A stretch of DNA of 64,000 nt from Takakia lepidozioides (Eukaryota > Plantae > Bryophyta), in the NCBI GenBank assembly GCA_030704615.1, contig CM060733.1, positions 26,598,001 to 26,662,000 of the forward strand. Direction: 5' to 3'. Under the pieces are notes generated by a model. It ran no database searches, was not told the DNA's origin, and saw only the letters and a list, made by a program, of their open reading frames with translations. Of this stretch, positions 11,456-22,972 are shown one piece after another (positions within the stretch are counted from its first letter, which is position 1; the number at the start of each line of letters is the position of its first letter). A program made the position numbers and the translations under genes.

Positions 11456-13756
11456 TGAACGTGACACATGGGAGTTTTCCAACTCTCCATTCCCTGCAAT
11501 CTGTCCTCCAAAATGGGTCAAGGGGTGCACCTTTCGTTCATCCGACTGTGATACACAGCCTTATCATAGACCGGCAGTCCAACATTCATGGAAGCCACAT
11601 TTGTTACATCTGGTTCCAGCTAAGGGCCGTGTGCTTCAGTCAGGCTCATATAGATCCTGGTGGGCTGCAACTCTACAATAGGTCCAGGGGTTCATCTCAT
11701 AGACTATGCCTTCAGAGTAGTCTGGCTAACATTTACAAGGACTGGTCAATGAGTTCATCTCTCAGTGATAGAATGTGTCTTCTATGAAGAAAACCAAGTG
11801 ACACTGATTCCTGTGTCAAATCTCAAGATAACTTTACAGCCACCCGTCCAGCCTTTGTACATACCCGCAGTCTCTTGTCAGCTTCTCCATCATACTACAG
11901 CTCTTGCCAAAATTAAGTCCTCCAGATGCGCACTGTTGCATCATGGTAGCAAAACTTAGTGACCAGTCAACATTTGCTCTAACCTTTTAAACTTAACAAT
12001 GCACCATGAAAGGGACCAACGTATGAAGGAACTCAACAAGTACCTTCCGGCACTTCAGCAATACTTCGCAGAATAGTAATATTTAGCAGTGGTGAGGACT
12101 GTGGGGTTCATCCCTGTTGGTCATGATTTGATTACGAAGGACTGATCAAGAGCTGCCCTTCTTAGGATGTCGCCTCAAAGAAACAGAACATCTGCATACG
12201 ATAGAGGAGGACGTTACTGCCGGCCGATACTTCTTGAATCCAAGTATGTCCTCAAGTACAGGCAAGCTGCGGTTCCCTTCAGCGGACGATGGACTGCTAT
12301 CATACCATGGCGACATGGTCGTATACGAGTAGAAAAATCTAGCACATGAATGAAGGATGAACCTTATACCTGGGCGCAGAAGCAGTTTCAAGCCTGCATA
12401 TGCAGTTCCCTGATATACATGGTCGGTAATATGGAATCAATATCACTTGAAGTTTTCCTGTTAGGAAATGCCTGGTATACCAATTTAAGTTACAGATAGA
12501 TACACTATATATCCCACCAGTGTCGTCACCCAGCACGTACTGTTCCTCAATTGGTTGCTGACATGCATTGCTCAGGAATGGAAGCACTGTACTGGCTGAT
12601 GATCGGTTTAATCCTTTGGCTGAACATGTACTTGGCTCAAACTTAGATGTGATTTCTCATGCCTAAATGCTGTACAATGGAAAATCTGATTGAAAATATA
12701 TCCACTGCAGGCTGCCGATGTTTCTAAGACAGTCACAGCGCCCACCCTGGCTAACATCGTCCTTGGATGACCTGTTACTCTTCTTTCACCTGCTTGCATA
12801 AATAATATAATGAGAAAGTTATTGGATACTCGACGCCATTTCCTTAGACAAATATCTGGCAGGGCATCCTTCTCCTGGGTGTCCATTGTTGTGTAGTGTA
12901 TGGCTGTTTTTCATTCCTATCTGATTAGACATTGTGATGTGACCTGGCAGTTCTTGCCAAGATGTTGTGAGGAGCTACGTACATAAGCATGCATTACATC
13001 ACGATTCTCTACAAGATGCTTCAGACCTTTTGTTTCTATGAAAGGGTGAAGACAGAAGGTGTTGGCATTTGGCTATACTGTATTGAAGGGATTATGTTTG
13101 GCAGAAAACCAAGAGAGAAGGTGAACATTTTTCAATAACCTTGAATCTTTTATTCCTTGTGATTGTCCCCAAGGCTGGTTTAGCTAGGAAGGATAGAGAG
13201 TCTCCTGGATTTTATTGTCAACTCAACATAGCAGATGACCTGTTAAGTAAGTTGAGTAGTTTTGGGTAGTTATTTCTGGGCCCTCATAGATTGTTGAAAG
13301 AAAAGTTTGGAGGTACGTAGGTTTTCAAGTTTTCATTTGGAGGTTCAAGCTAAGATCAGGATAGCATGTGAGCCTGGGTGCTGGGGCTCATATTGATCTT
13401 ACTTAAGGATCTAATGCCCACTTGAATGAACTCATGAATTCTAAGTCTTTAGGTGTAAATGATGCAGGCATCCACAGGATCATCATAGAGTACGTGTGGC
13501 AAAAGCGAGACCCAAGAATGGGTGATGCACAGGAAGATCCACAGTTGCAAGTGGCAAAAGATGAGTTTGATGAGGTTGCCATGTTCCTAAGCTGTTGCTT
13601 GCTCTCTCTGGAGCAGGGGCGCCCTGGCAGCCTCATCACTCAAGCTGCCCGGCACCATGCTACCCAGATTCGGTTTCTTTCTCTCCCCTCCTGCTTTTCC
13701 TGCTCCATTCGTATGCTGGTGGTATCCGAGATCAGTCTTGAGGCGGTAGGAAAACA

Positions 13757-14630
13757 TGTTGAGATGTGTTGGATGAAATATCAACATCTAAATTATGTAA
13801 GTTAACATCCGTATAGAATGCACACATCTATACGAAGAGTCACAACGTCCCTTAGGGTATGACTTTAGAAGTTGTTGAAGAGACATTGTCCTATCTTCTT
13901 CTCTCTCATTCTTACATACATATAATTGAGTGACCATAAGTTACTCATATATCTCTCACTTAGTACTAATCTTCTAAGATGGTATCAAAACCCTCTTTGA
14001 GATTGTTCATCTTAAATGGTCACCAGAAGTCGCATCTTGCGATCTTGGACCATGTACTTGCTCAATTTATATGAAATTTGCTGTTAAGGATTAAGGGCAA
14101 GAGCTAACGCTCTGTCATTGGCTAGGTCTAGTCCAACGACACAGATTCCCCATGGCTGCTCCCTTTTTTGCAGCAAGGGCATATCAAATTGATCGCTTGA
14201 GCACTAAGTACTCTATTTAGTCCATCAAAATGGAAATGCTTTTAATGAGATCTGAATTCTGGGGAGTGGTTGACGGTACCGACCCTAACCCCGATGTGGC
14301 TGATGCCGCACTTCAAGTTGCTTGGAAGATAAAAGACTCCAAAATAAGCTCTAAATTGATTCTCCATTATGGAGATCGTCGGATTCAATTACTAGGATCT
14401 CTTAAAACTTCCACAACAGTCTGGGCTAAACTAAAATCTATCTATGAACACACCGATAATGCATCCCAAGTTGGCTGCATGCATAAACGTATCATGATGC
14501 TTACTCTTTCAGAGTCACAATCTGTATCAGAGTTCTTGGAAAACTGGCAAAGAGCGTTAGATGATGCTTCAGTTGGAGGGCTAGTGTACTATAGGTCACT
14601 ATGCTTCTTGCAGCATTGACTCCTTCATTT
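13757..14630 (+). mobile_element. Ty1/copia remnant: 5' LTR (~13757-13979), Met-tRNA PBS (13980-13987) and gag N-terminus
   Basis: TGTT-start LTR-like block, TGGTATCA PBS, and gag MEMLLMRSEFWGVVDGTDPNP...WAKLKSIYEHTD typical of copia gag. Confidence 0.75.
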
Positions 14631-16860
14631 TGGCCAAGTTGCGGAGCTTGCAAGAGTTCCAACGGAAGCCGACCGAGAGCTTGAGGGAGGCTTTCACTCG
14701 CATGAGGCGCTTGATAAATGTAACCCAAGGGGTTACGGAAGCTCAGGCAGTCCAATTCTGGTATTGGATATTGGACAAGGAGCTGAGGAGAAGGGTGCGG
14801 GATGCAACTCTCCTACAAGCGGCCCAACCCACCTTAATAAATGTGTTTTTGCTGGCAGAGCGGATAGAGCTCAACATGGTGGAGGAACGAGTGGTCATGG
14901 TGGGATTTGCTAAGGAGACACCACGGGGTAGTGGTGCTCCTAGCCAACCACTACCTCAACGTGCTCAAGGCAACAACGGGGCTCAGGTAAAGCTCAGGGA
15001 AGGGCAGAGAGGACCTCAGATGCAGGGGTCTCTCCCTTCATTTGCTGGCCAACAACGGGCGGATGTGGTGTGCTGGACATGTGGAGGACCCCATGTCAAG
15101 AAGGATTGCCCAGAGGGAGGCAAAGGGCCGGCACATGCACAGCCAGCACAGTTGCAGTGTGGGCATTGTGGCAAGCATGGGCATGGAGAGGCCCAGTGTT
15201 ATGGTTTGCATCTTGAGTTGCGCCCAGGCTAGTTCCAAGGGAACAATGGTGGCCGGGGGCGAGGTGGAGCAGCCCAGAGAGGACGAGGTGGCCAGCCATG
15301 AGGTGCAGGCCAAGGGCAAGCTCAACATGGCCAAGGACGCGGAGGTCAGGGTGTTGACCAAGGCATGGTCAACCGGCTTTAGCAGCTAGAGCAGAGGCTC
15401 GCTGCCATGGCTACAGCTCAGGTGGTACCGGCGCTAAGGCCGGATGGTCCACCTCCTGCTCATGAGGGAGGAGATATGGGAGACATAGGATTCATGTGTG
15501 GAGTAACAATACCACTAGTGTAGCTGGAGTCTGCTGCAGCCGTGACTCGAGGAGCAGCACGAGTTCATGAGCCACGGGGTGCGGAGGTGGAGTTGGATCC
15601 ACAGCGTGGGGAGGCAAGCCGTCAGGCTAGGCTTCCTCAGTCATTCACATTGGCGGAGACAGTGTCGACACCATCCATGGCACCTAGTTCTCGCCCGACT
15701 GTTACCGAGGCGAAGATTGCTATGCCATTGGGGAGAGCTACACGGGTAGCACCACTACCTAGTGTTGCCAAGGCTACGGCAACTAGTGTGCTGCTAGGAG
15801 CGGCCACATCTGTGTGCCAGGCTCCATTGTTCTCGGCTACCATGATTGCGACGCCGGGGGTAAGACCAGCTGAGGTGTTCAGGCTGGCAGCTACACTTTG
15901 TGAGAGTGGGGATGTTACTTCATCTTCTGCGGAGATAGTGAGAGGTGTGTGCCGGAGGGATCCTCGGATTTGAGGGTCAAGACTGCCACGGCGGCGCCAT
16001 GACAAGCTGCAGCTGCCAGGTTGATGGAGCTGCCAGCTAGGTCAGCCATTGAGCGCGCCATGGTGACACCTGGAGTTGTCATGTTAGACAACCAGGATGG
16101 CAGTTTCTGTTTGAGTAGACCGGCAGGCAAGAGGTATCGGCCTTGTTGGACTCGGGAGCTCAGCCACTGATGCTGGGCAGAGCTGCTATTGCAGGCTTGG
16201 GCCTCACGGAGGCGGATATGGAGCCTTGTCCTTTCCAGATACAAACGTCTCTGGGAGGATCGGAGCAGGCTCGGGGCATGACACGGCGTGAGTTGGCTAT
16301 CAGACTACGGCCGGATCACCCTACAGATGGCTCAGTGATGCGAGAGCCAAGGCCATTGTGACTGAAGCGGTCTCATACAATGTCCTGGTTGGTGGGGCAG
16401 TGTTGTACCCCATGGGCTTCACCCTAGATTTTTGGGAGGAGTCAGCTCCTATAGGCCTACATGGCAGTCAGGGGAGGGCCGGTGTGTGCAGCTCCCTGTG
16501 ACGTTCATAGGAGGAGTTGCGGTTGCCCAGCGAGGCAAGATGCCGACACTAGCAGCATTCACAGCGGCAGTGAGTTGGCCTAGAGAGTTGCTTGAGGGCA
16601 ACGCTCATTCAGAGGATGTGCCACCTCCGGGAGAGCAAGATGACATGTATGGTATGGTGGAGTTGCCTACCATGGTTGCTCAGACTCCATTGTGGGGCAC
16701 GAGCAAGGATTTGCAGCGGGATGCTGATTGACGGGTGCAACAAGCCTGGGTGGAGGCTTTTGTACCGTCAGGAGAGGAGGAGAGTGCGGGGATTGCACCG
16801 GGACCACCTCAGTTGTCTCCATTGGACACCACACCTATTGTGTGGCAGTATCCGGATGAA

Positions 16861-17810
16861 GACATTTGTCTTCTAGACTTGTTTGGCGGGATCAGCACCG
16901 GATTGGCTGCTGTGTTACAGGCAGGTGTACGAGTTCGGCGTTACGTGTATGTGGAGAGGGATGAGACAACACAACGCGTTTCACTTCGCCATGTTGCTCA
17001 GTTGGTGCAGCGGTACCCTGAGTTATTGCCGGTGTCTGCAGTTCGTGGATATCAGCAGGCCTTGCCAGCAGACATTTTGTTGCTGGGGGCGCAGGATTTG
17101 GAGCGGGTTGGCTCCATTGATCTGGTAGTGGCAGGTTGGCCCTGCCAAGGGCATTCATCAGCCGGGCATGGCAATGGATTGCGAGACTCGAGGTCGGGTC
17201 TGTTTTGGGAGATGGTGCGGGGTTTGCGCCACTTGTAGCTTCATCAAGCTGTATCTCCAGCATCCATCTTGGAGAATGTGCCACTGATGGGCGATTCTCG
17301 GGCCAGGGTGATGACCAGTGTGCATCAAGTCCGGTCGTGGCTTGGGTCAGCAGTGTTGCTAAATGCAGCTACAGTGGGGTCACGGGCTCATCGTCCACGG
17401 CTATCGTGGACTAACTTGATGCCACCCGCACTGCTCAAGCGTGCATTTGATGGGGTGCAGCGGCCAGCACATCTCATAGTGGATAACATTCTGGACACAG
17501 GGAGGCAGTCTCAGCATGTGAGACACGATGACCATTCGCCTTTGGCAGAGGTCAACAAGGTGGGTCAACCACGAGCAGCATTACCTACACTACTCAGCTT
17601 CCCAGGATCGCATGCTTTCCTGGATAGTGGACCTGGCCTCCTGTGGGATGCTAAGTTGCAGCAGTTAGTGGAGCCTAATGCTGACGAGCGTGAGCGGGCA
17701 ATGGGTTTTACCACTGGTACCACGGCGGTGTCGTCTTTTTCTAAGGCATCACGTCGTCAAGTGTTGGGGCAAGCAATGGATCTCAATTGCTTGACCTGGA
17801 TTATCAGCTT
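16861..17810 (+). pseudogene. C5-cytosine DNA methyltransferase domain within the gypsy polyprotein (one in-frame stop at 17236)
   Basis: Motif I LDLFGGISTG, II YVERD, IV AGWPCQGHSSAG (PCQ 17140-17148), V DSRSGLFWE, VI LENV (17272-17280), VIII AHRPRLSWTNL, IX ERERAMGF and X RRQVLGQAM. Confidence 0.93.
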
Positions 17811-20800
17811 GGCTATGGCTGAGCAACGCAGAGTGCGGAGTACACTTCCCTCGATGGTCTCTCTGCCTACCGAGACGGTACAGGCAGTGAGTGGGGGCGA
17901 GCATGTGAGGACTACGGGGTGCATGCATCCATGGCACACGTGGGAGGTGCTCGAGGTTCAGAGAGAGTTGGCAGCCAAGGTGGTGATGAAAGATGAGGTT
18001 GGGGATTTTTCTCGGATGGAGGAAGTCCTTGAAGATGAGATGATGGGGCAGGATGAGGCCTTGTCACTGACTGAGCAGATAGGGAGTACTGCTTAAGAGG
18101 TTGCAACATAGCAACCACTAGACGCGTCCTCTACCTCTAAGCCCACTAGACTTAAGGTTGCAGTTACGGAGGACAATTGGGAGCCTGACATTGGACCCAT
18201 TGTCACCAGAGGAGAGAGACGACGTATACGGCGGTTCCTGAGGGCTTACATGAATTGCTTTGCCTTCAGTTTGAAGGACTTGAGAGCACTGAAGGGTCAA
18301 GAGATCCGTATTGAGTTGGCCACTGACACGCCAATCTTTCGGAGACCCTATAGATACAGTGACATGGAGAGGTCTTTGATTCAGATGAGGACTCAAGATC
18401 TCTGGGAGGCAGGTTTGGTGGAGCTCTCTGGTGGAGAGTATGCTTCAGCCATAGTGATGCCAGCCAAGAAGGATGTCTATGGCAATTGGACGGAGAGACG
18501 TATGTGCGGTGATTACCGGCCTGTAAATCGTCAGACCAAGTCCGATAAGTATGCCATGCCAACACCAGAGGAGATCTTTGATGCCATCGGGCATGCTAAG
18601 GTCTTTAACACTTTGGATTTACGATCCGGATATCACCAGTTGCCAATCAAGGAGGCGGACAAGCAGAAGACGACATTTTGGGGGATCAATGAGCACGGCA
18701 AGGATTGCCTATATCAGTGGCGGTTCTTACCATTTGGGCTTAAGAATGCTCCTGCAGAGTTTCAGAGAGTCATGGATAGGATTCTAGCAGGGGTGGACTT
18801 TGCTCGGTGCTACATAGATGACATCATCATCTTTAGTGTTACGATGGAGGAGCATGAGAGACACCTTCAGGTGGTATTGGAGCGCTTGAGAGCGCACGAA
18901 TTGAAGTTGCATCCGGGGAAGTGCTAGTTTTTCCACAACCAGATTGAGTATCTGGGTCACATGATATATCCTGGAGGATTGGGGGTACAGCAGACTAAGG
19001 TAGAGGCCATTGCACAAATTCCACGCCCCACGGATGTGAGCCGAGTTCGAGCTTTCATGGGGTTGGCAAACTATTATAGACGGTTTGTCAAGAGATTTAG
19101 TACCATTGCAAAGGCTCTAACCAAGCTGACCAAGGTGGACCAGGAGTGGCAGTGGGAAGATGAGCAGGAACGAGCTTTTTAAGAGCTCAAGGCGAGGTTG
19201 ACCTCGGCGCCTATCCTGAGACGACCTATCAGGGGGCGTCCCTTTCAGCTGCATATGGATTGGAGCATGCTGGGGCTTGGAGCGGTGCTCACACAGGTGG
19301 ATGATGAGGGAAGAGAGTTTGTAGTGGCTTATGCTAGCCGCTCGAACAACGCTGCAGAGGCTAAGTACAGCTCATATGAAGGAGAGTGCTTAGCTGCAGT
19401 GTGGGCCGTGGCACACTTCAGGTGCTATCTATACGACAATCTTTTCACCCTTGTCACGGATCACCAGCCACTCAAGTGGTTGATGGAGTCAGACAAGCTT
19501 ACGGGGAAGCTTGCACGGTGGGCACTTATACTCCAGGAGTATGACTTTCAGGTATGCATCGACCGGGTTTGGTCAATCGGGATGCGGATGGATTGAGTCG
19601 CAATCCATGCATGAGCCAGCAGGATGACACTGGAGCTCGGTGGCATGATGAGACGGACGAGGAGATAGTGCCGGGATGGCACGAATCTGCATTTTTGTGT
19701 ATCTTGGCATCGGGAGGTCAGGTTGGACCTACAACAGGGATGACTGTAGACGGAGTGTCTGAAGACCCCGAGGCTAGTGATGAGCCAAATGGTGCCAGAG
19801 ATATACATGAGGATTCGGCTGTGCTGGACTACCTCCGCACGGGAGACACGACAGCCACTGTGACTGCCAAGGAGAGGGATCGGATCCTGCAACGAGCCAA
19901 GAGGTTCAAGTGGGAGGGGATACACCTACTTCGAGTGTGGGAGGATGGTCGGGTGAGGATTGTACCTCACCCCACACAGCGTGCACGGTTAGTGCGGCAT
20001 GCCCATGATGAGTTGGGGTATTTTGGAGTGCGACGCACTCACAGTTTACTGCAAGGGCAGTATTGGTGGCGTGGTATGCATACAGTGGTGCAACAGTTCG
20101 TGGCTAGGTGCATGGTGTGTGACAGGGTGCGTGCTTCATTCAACACCCCTACACCACAGTTGCATCATTTACCAATCATGGGATTGGGCTATAGGTGAAG
20201 TCTTGACTTCGCAGGACCGTTGCCACTGACTATGCGCCACCACAGATATGTGTTGGTGATGGTGGAGCACTTCTCCAAGTGGATTGAGTTGGTTCCATTG
20301 CCTGACAAGGCTAGTGAGGGGGCTGCGTATGCATTCTTGGATCGTATGCTTAGCCGATTTGGTGCTCCAGCTGAGGTACTCACGGACCAAGGGAGAGAGT
20401 TCTTGGGGGAGTTTCAGGCTTTGTGTGATAAAGCCTTGATAGACCACCGCACCACTTCTCGGGATCATCCTGAGGCCGATCGCTAGCAGAGAGAGTTGTT
20501 CAGACAGTGAAGATGGGTTTGCGCAAGTATGGCTTGCAGAAGGGACACCTAGGAGATTGGGATCTTCAGGTTCTTTGGTTAGCCATGGGCTACAGGTTCA
20601 GCAAACAAACATCACTTGCCTCCTTCTCACCATATTTCCTTCTTTTTGGCCGAGAGCCGGATTTGCCTACAGCCATTCGTAGGGACACTGCTCAAGTCCT
20701 TAACCTTGACGATCCGGACGTGTGGGTACGTGCATGTGATCAACGTGCAGAGTTGTTCAAGAAAGTCATGCCCATGGCTTTTGAGAACCTTGCCATTGCA

Positions 20801-21090
20801 CAGCACCGTGATACGTTGAGGTATGTCACTATACATATCGTCCTGGGGTTCGGAGGTTTAGCCCTGGTGACTATGTTTATTTGCAGCAGACTGCTCCTAC
20901 GACTCTGGATGTTACTGCAGGGCGTGTTATTCTGAGGGTTCGAGAGGTGTTGCCCTCAGGGGTCCTGATCTTGGAGGGTCGGGATGGCATGACTTGGAAA
21001 GACTATGTGCGTAATTGTGTGCCATATCACCTTCCCAATGTCGATGGTAGAGTTGACCCAAACTTGGCAGTGGTACCTGCAGGTTTGAGG

Positions 21091-21234
21091 TGCATGCTCT
21101 GTGGGTCTGCCAAAGGGGCAGCCACCATGCTGGTGTGTGATCGATGCTCAAGGGGTTGGCATATGGGATGCTTGACACCACCTCTTGAGAAGGTTCTTGA
21201 CGGAGATTGGTTGTGTCCACACTGCTTGGGATAG
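21091..21234 (+). other. PHD finger (C4HC3) at the C-terminus of the gypsy integrase
   Basis: CMLC...MLVCDRCSRGWHMGCLTPPL...GDWLCPHC followed by the stop codon. Confidence 0.92.
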
Positions 21235-21494
21235 TGGCAGTGGACATGACTGGAGGCAGCCAACAAGACATGGGAGGCCAAGCTCATAGGAGTCAATACA
21301 TGAGATCCCAAGCTCAAGTTCACAGGTTGCAAGACGGCGACTAACGATGGGGCAACTCTTGCACCCAGCCTCTTGATCTATCGAGTTTGAGTGTAGTAGG
21401 GATAGTGGTGGAAGACTTAGTGAGGCTATGGTCACTATCACATCTTGTGGCTACCTGGACTTAGAGGGACCTAAGCACCAGCTAGGGGGGCGAT

Positions 21495-22200
21495 TGTGTG
21501 GACTAGTGACTGCCATAGTGGGCAGCATAGTGGCAGCCTAGTGACTGACTAGTTGTAGCCTAGTGGTTGGACTAGTGGTTGGACTAGTGGTGGACTAGTG
21601 GTATACTAGTGTGTGGTGTGCACATGTGTTGTGTGATTTTGGACAGCGATGTAGTTGTGTAGCTATATGTATGCGCACGACAGCTGTCAAGTTATTTTAC
21701 CACTAGTGTGAAACTAGCTAGGAAATAGCTAGTTTTTACATATTGACATTTGGGATTGGCCCAAGTGTCAATCCAGGGGTCAAGGCAGATTTAGGCCCTG
21801 AAGTGGTTATCTCCACGGCAAGCGCGGGAGGCTCATCTTTCTGGAGTTGAGCCTCACCGCGCCTGGCTATGGCGCCGTAGTGTGGATTCCCCATGGCGTG
21901 GGGTGCACTTGGCTTGACTTGTATTTGAGTGATGAGGTTATATATGCATGAGTTTATGCTTCAGCTTTGTGAGCTCGCATGAGCTTGTGCTTGTATTCTT
22001 CTTCTTTATCATTGTGTGGACTAGTGACTGCCATAGTGGGCAGCATAGTGGCGGCCTAGTGACTGACTAGTTGTAGCCTAGTGGTTGGACTAGTGGTTGG
22101 ACTAGTGGTGCACTAGTGGTATACTAGTGTGTGGTGTGCACATGTGTTGTGTGGTTTTGGACAGCGATGTAGTTGTGTAACGATATGTATGCGCACGACA
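21495..22200 (+). repeat. 3' LTR (TG...CA, ~21495-22011) followed by a ~190-bp tandem copy of its own 5' part (22011-22200)
   Basis: Polypurine tract AGGGGGG at 21484-21490. 21493-21682 is duplicated at 22011-22200, and the repeat is rich in ACTAGT units. Confidence 0.7.
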
Positions 22201-22372
22201 CCATATTCTTGGAGAGAAGCCACCTCTAATCCCGTACGAAATAATCCAACCCTATCTTTCATGGAAAGGCAATCTCTCCGCATATGGTCAGACTGAACGA
22301 ACACCGCCAGCGGGTCCAATTTCAAGATTGCCACTACCTATGACAATGTGTATTCGTTAGTGCCTTACCCAT

Positions 22373-22500
22373 GTCTACTGATCTAAGACCTTGTAGCCTG
22401 TGCCTGGAAAGAAACCAGGAAGGAGAGGAAAGTGGCAGTCTACTGATCTAAGACCTTGTACCATGTGCCTGGAAAGAAACCAGGAAGAAGAGGAAGCAGT
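22373..22500. repeat. ~65-bp tandem duplication
   Basis: GTCTACTGATCTAAGACCTTGTA...GAAAGAAACCAGGAAG occurs twice in tandem. Confidence 0.85.
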
Positions 22501-22972
22501 CCACCACAATCTGCCTGATCAGACCCAATGGCAGGTAATGCATGGTGTCAAATTGACTCTTACTGCTTAGCTGTTGATTGGAGCCCACATCATACCTCAG
22601 GTAAGAAATACCGCAAGTGGGCGGTACCTATGATCCTCAACCTTCAACATCAGGAAAAACGAAACTGACTCGAGTAAGCTTAGGAACCAGTGCAACCGAC
22701 AAACTTGAGATAGGTACTCGAACCATGGCAGGCATTCACAGCATCCTAATAGGATGCAAATGCAGATCATTGGTTTTTAGCCAGTATAAATGCAATCATT
22801 GAGAGAAACTAGTGGAATTAATTAGCTCTTCCAAAAGACAAACAACAAATGACAATAATACAACGTGTACCCATATATACACATAAGCACATACACGCAG
22901 GCCCGACGGAACTAAGGAGTATCGACCAAGGATTGAGTATTATACAGATCGATTGTTGCTGATCAAAAGCAA

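Larger units (their letters stand above)
14630..22200 (+). mobile_element. Ty3/gypsy LTR retrotransposon, decayed and missing its 5' LTR: gag-PR-DNMT-RT-RH-IN-PHD, PPT, 3' LTR
   Basis: Zinc knuckles CWTCGGPHVKKDC and CGHCGKHGHGEAQC; protease LDSGAQ (16143); RT LDLRSGYHQ, FGLKNAP and YIDD (18811); RNase H DWS...EGEC...TDHQPL; integrase SLDFAGP, TDQG and LAER. RT-RH-IN order is gypsy. Confidence 0.93.

Noticed and set aside
11460-13750. Short ORFs between the PPR pseudogene and the copia LTR
   Set aside because: No recognisable domain or consistent exon chain.
16861-17810. Host DRM/DNMT3 gene or bacterial contamination as the source of the methyltransferase
   Set aside because: It is intronless, in frame with RT/RNase H, decayed like the surrounding pol, and lacks UBA domains or the DRM permutation.
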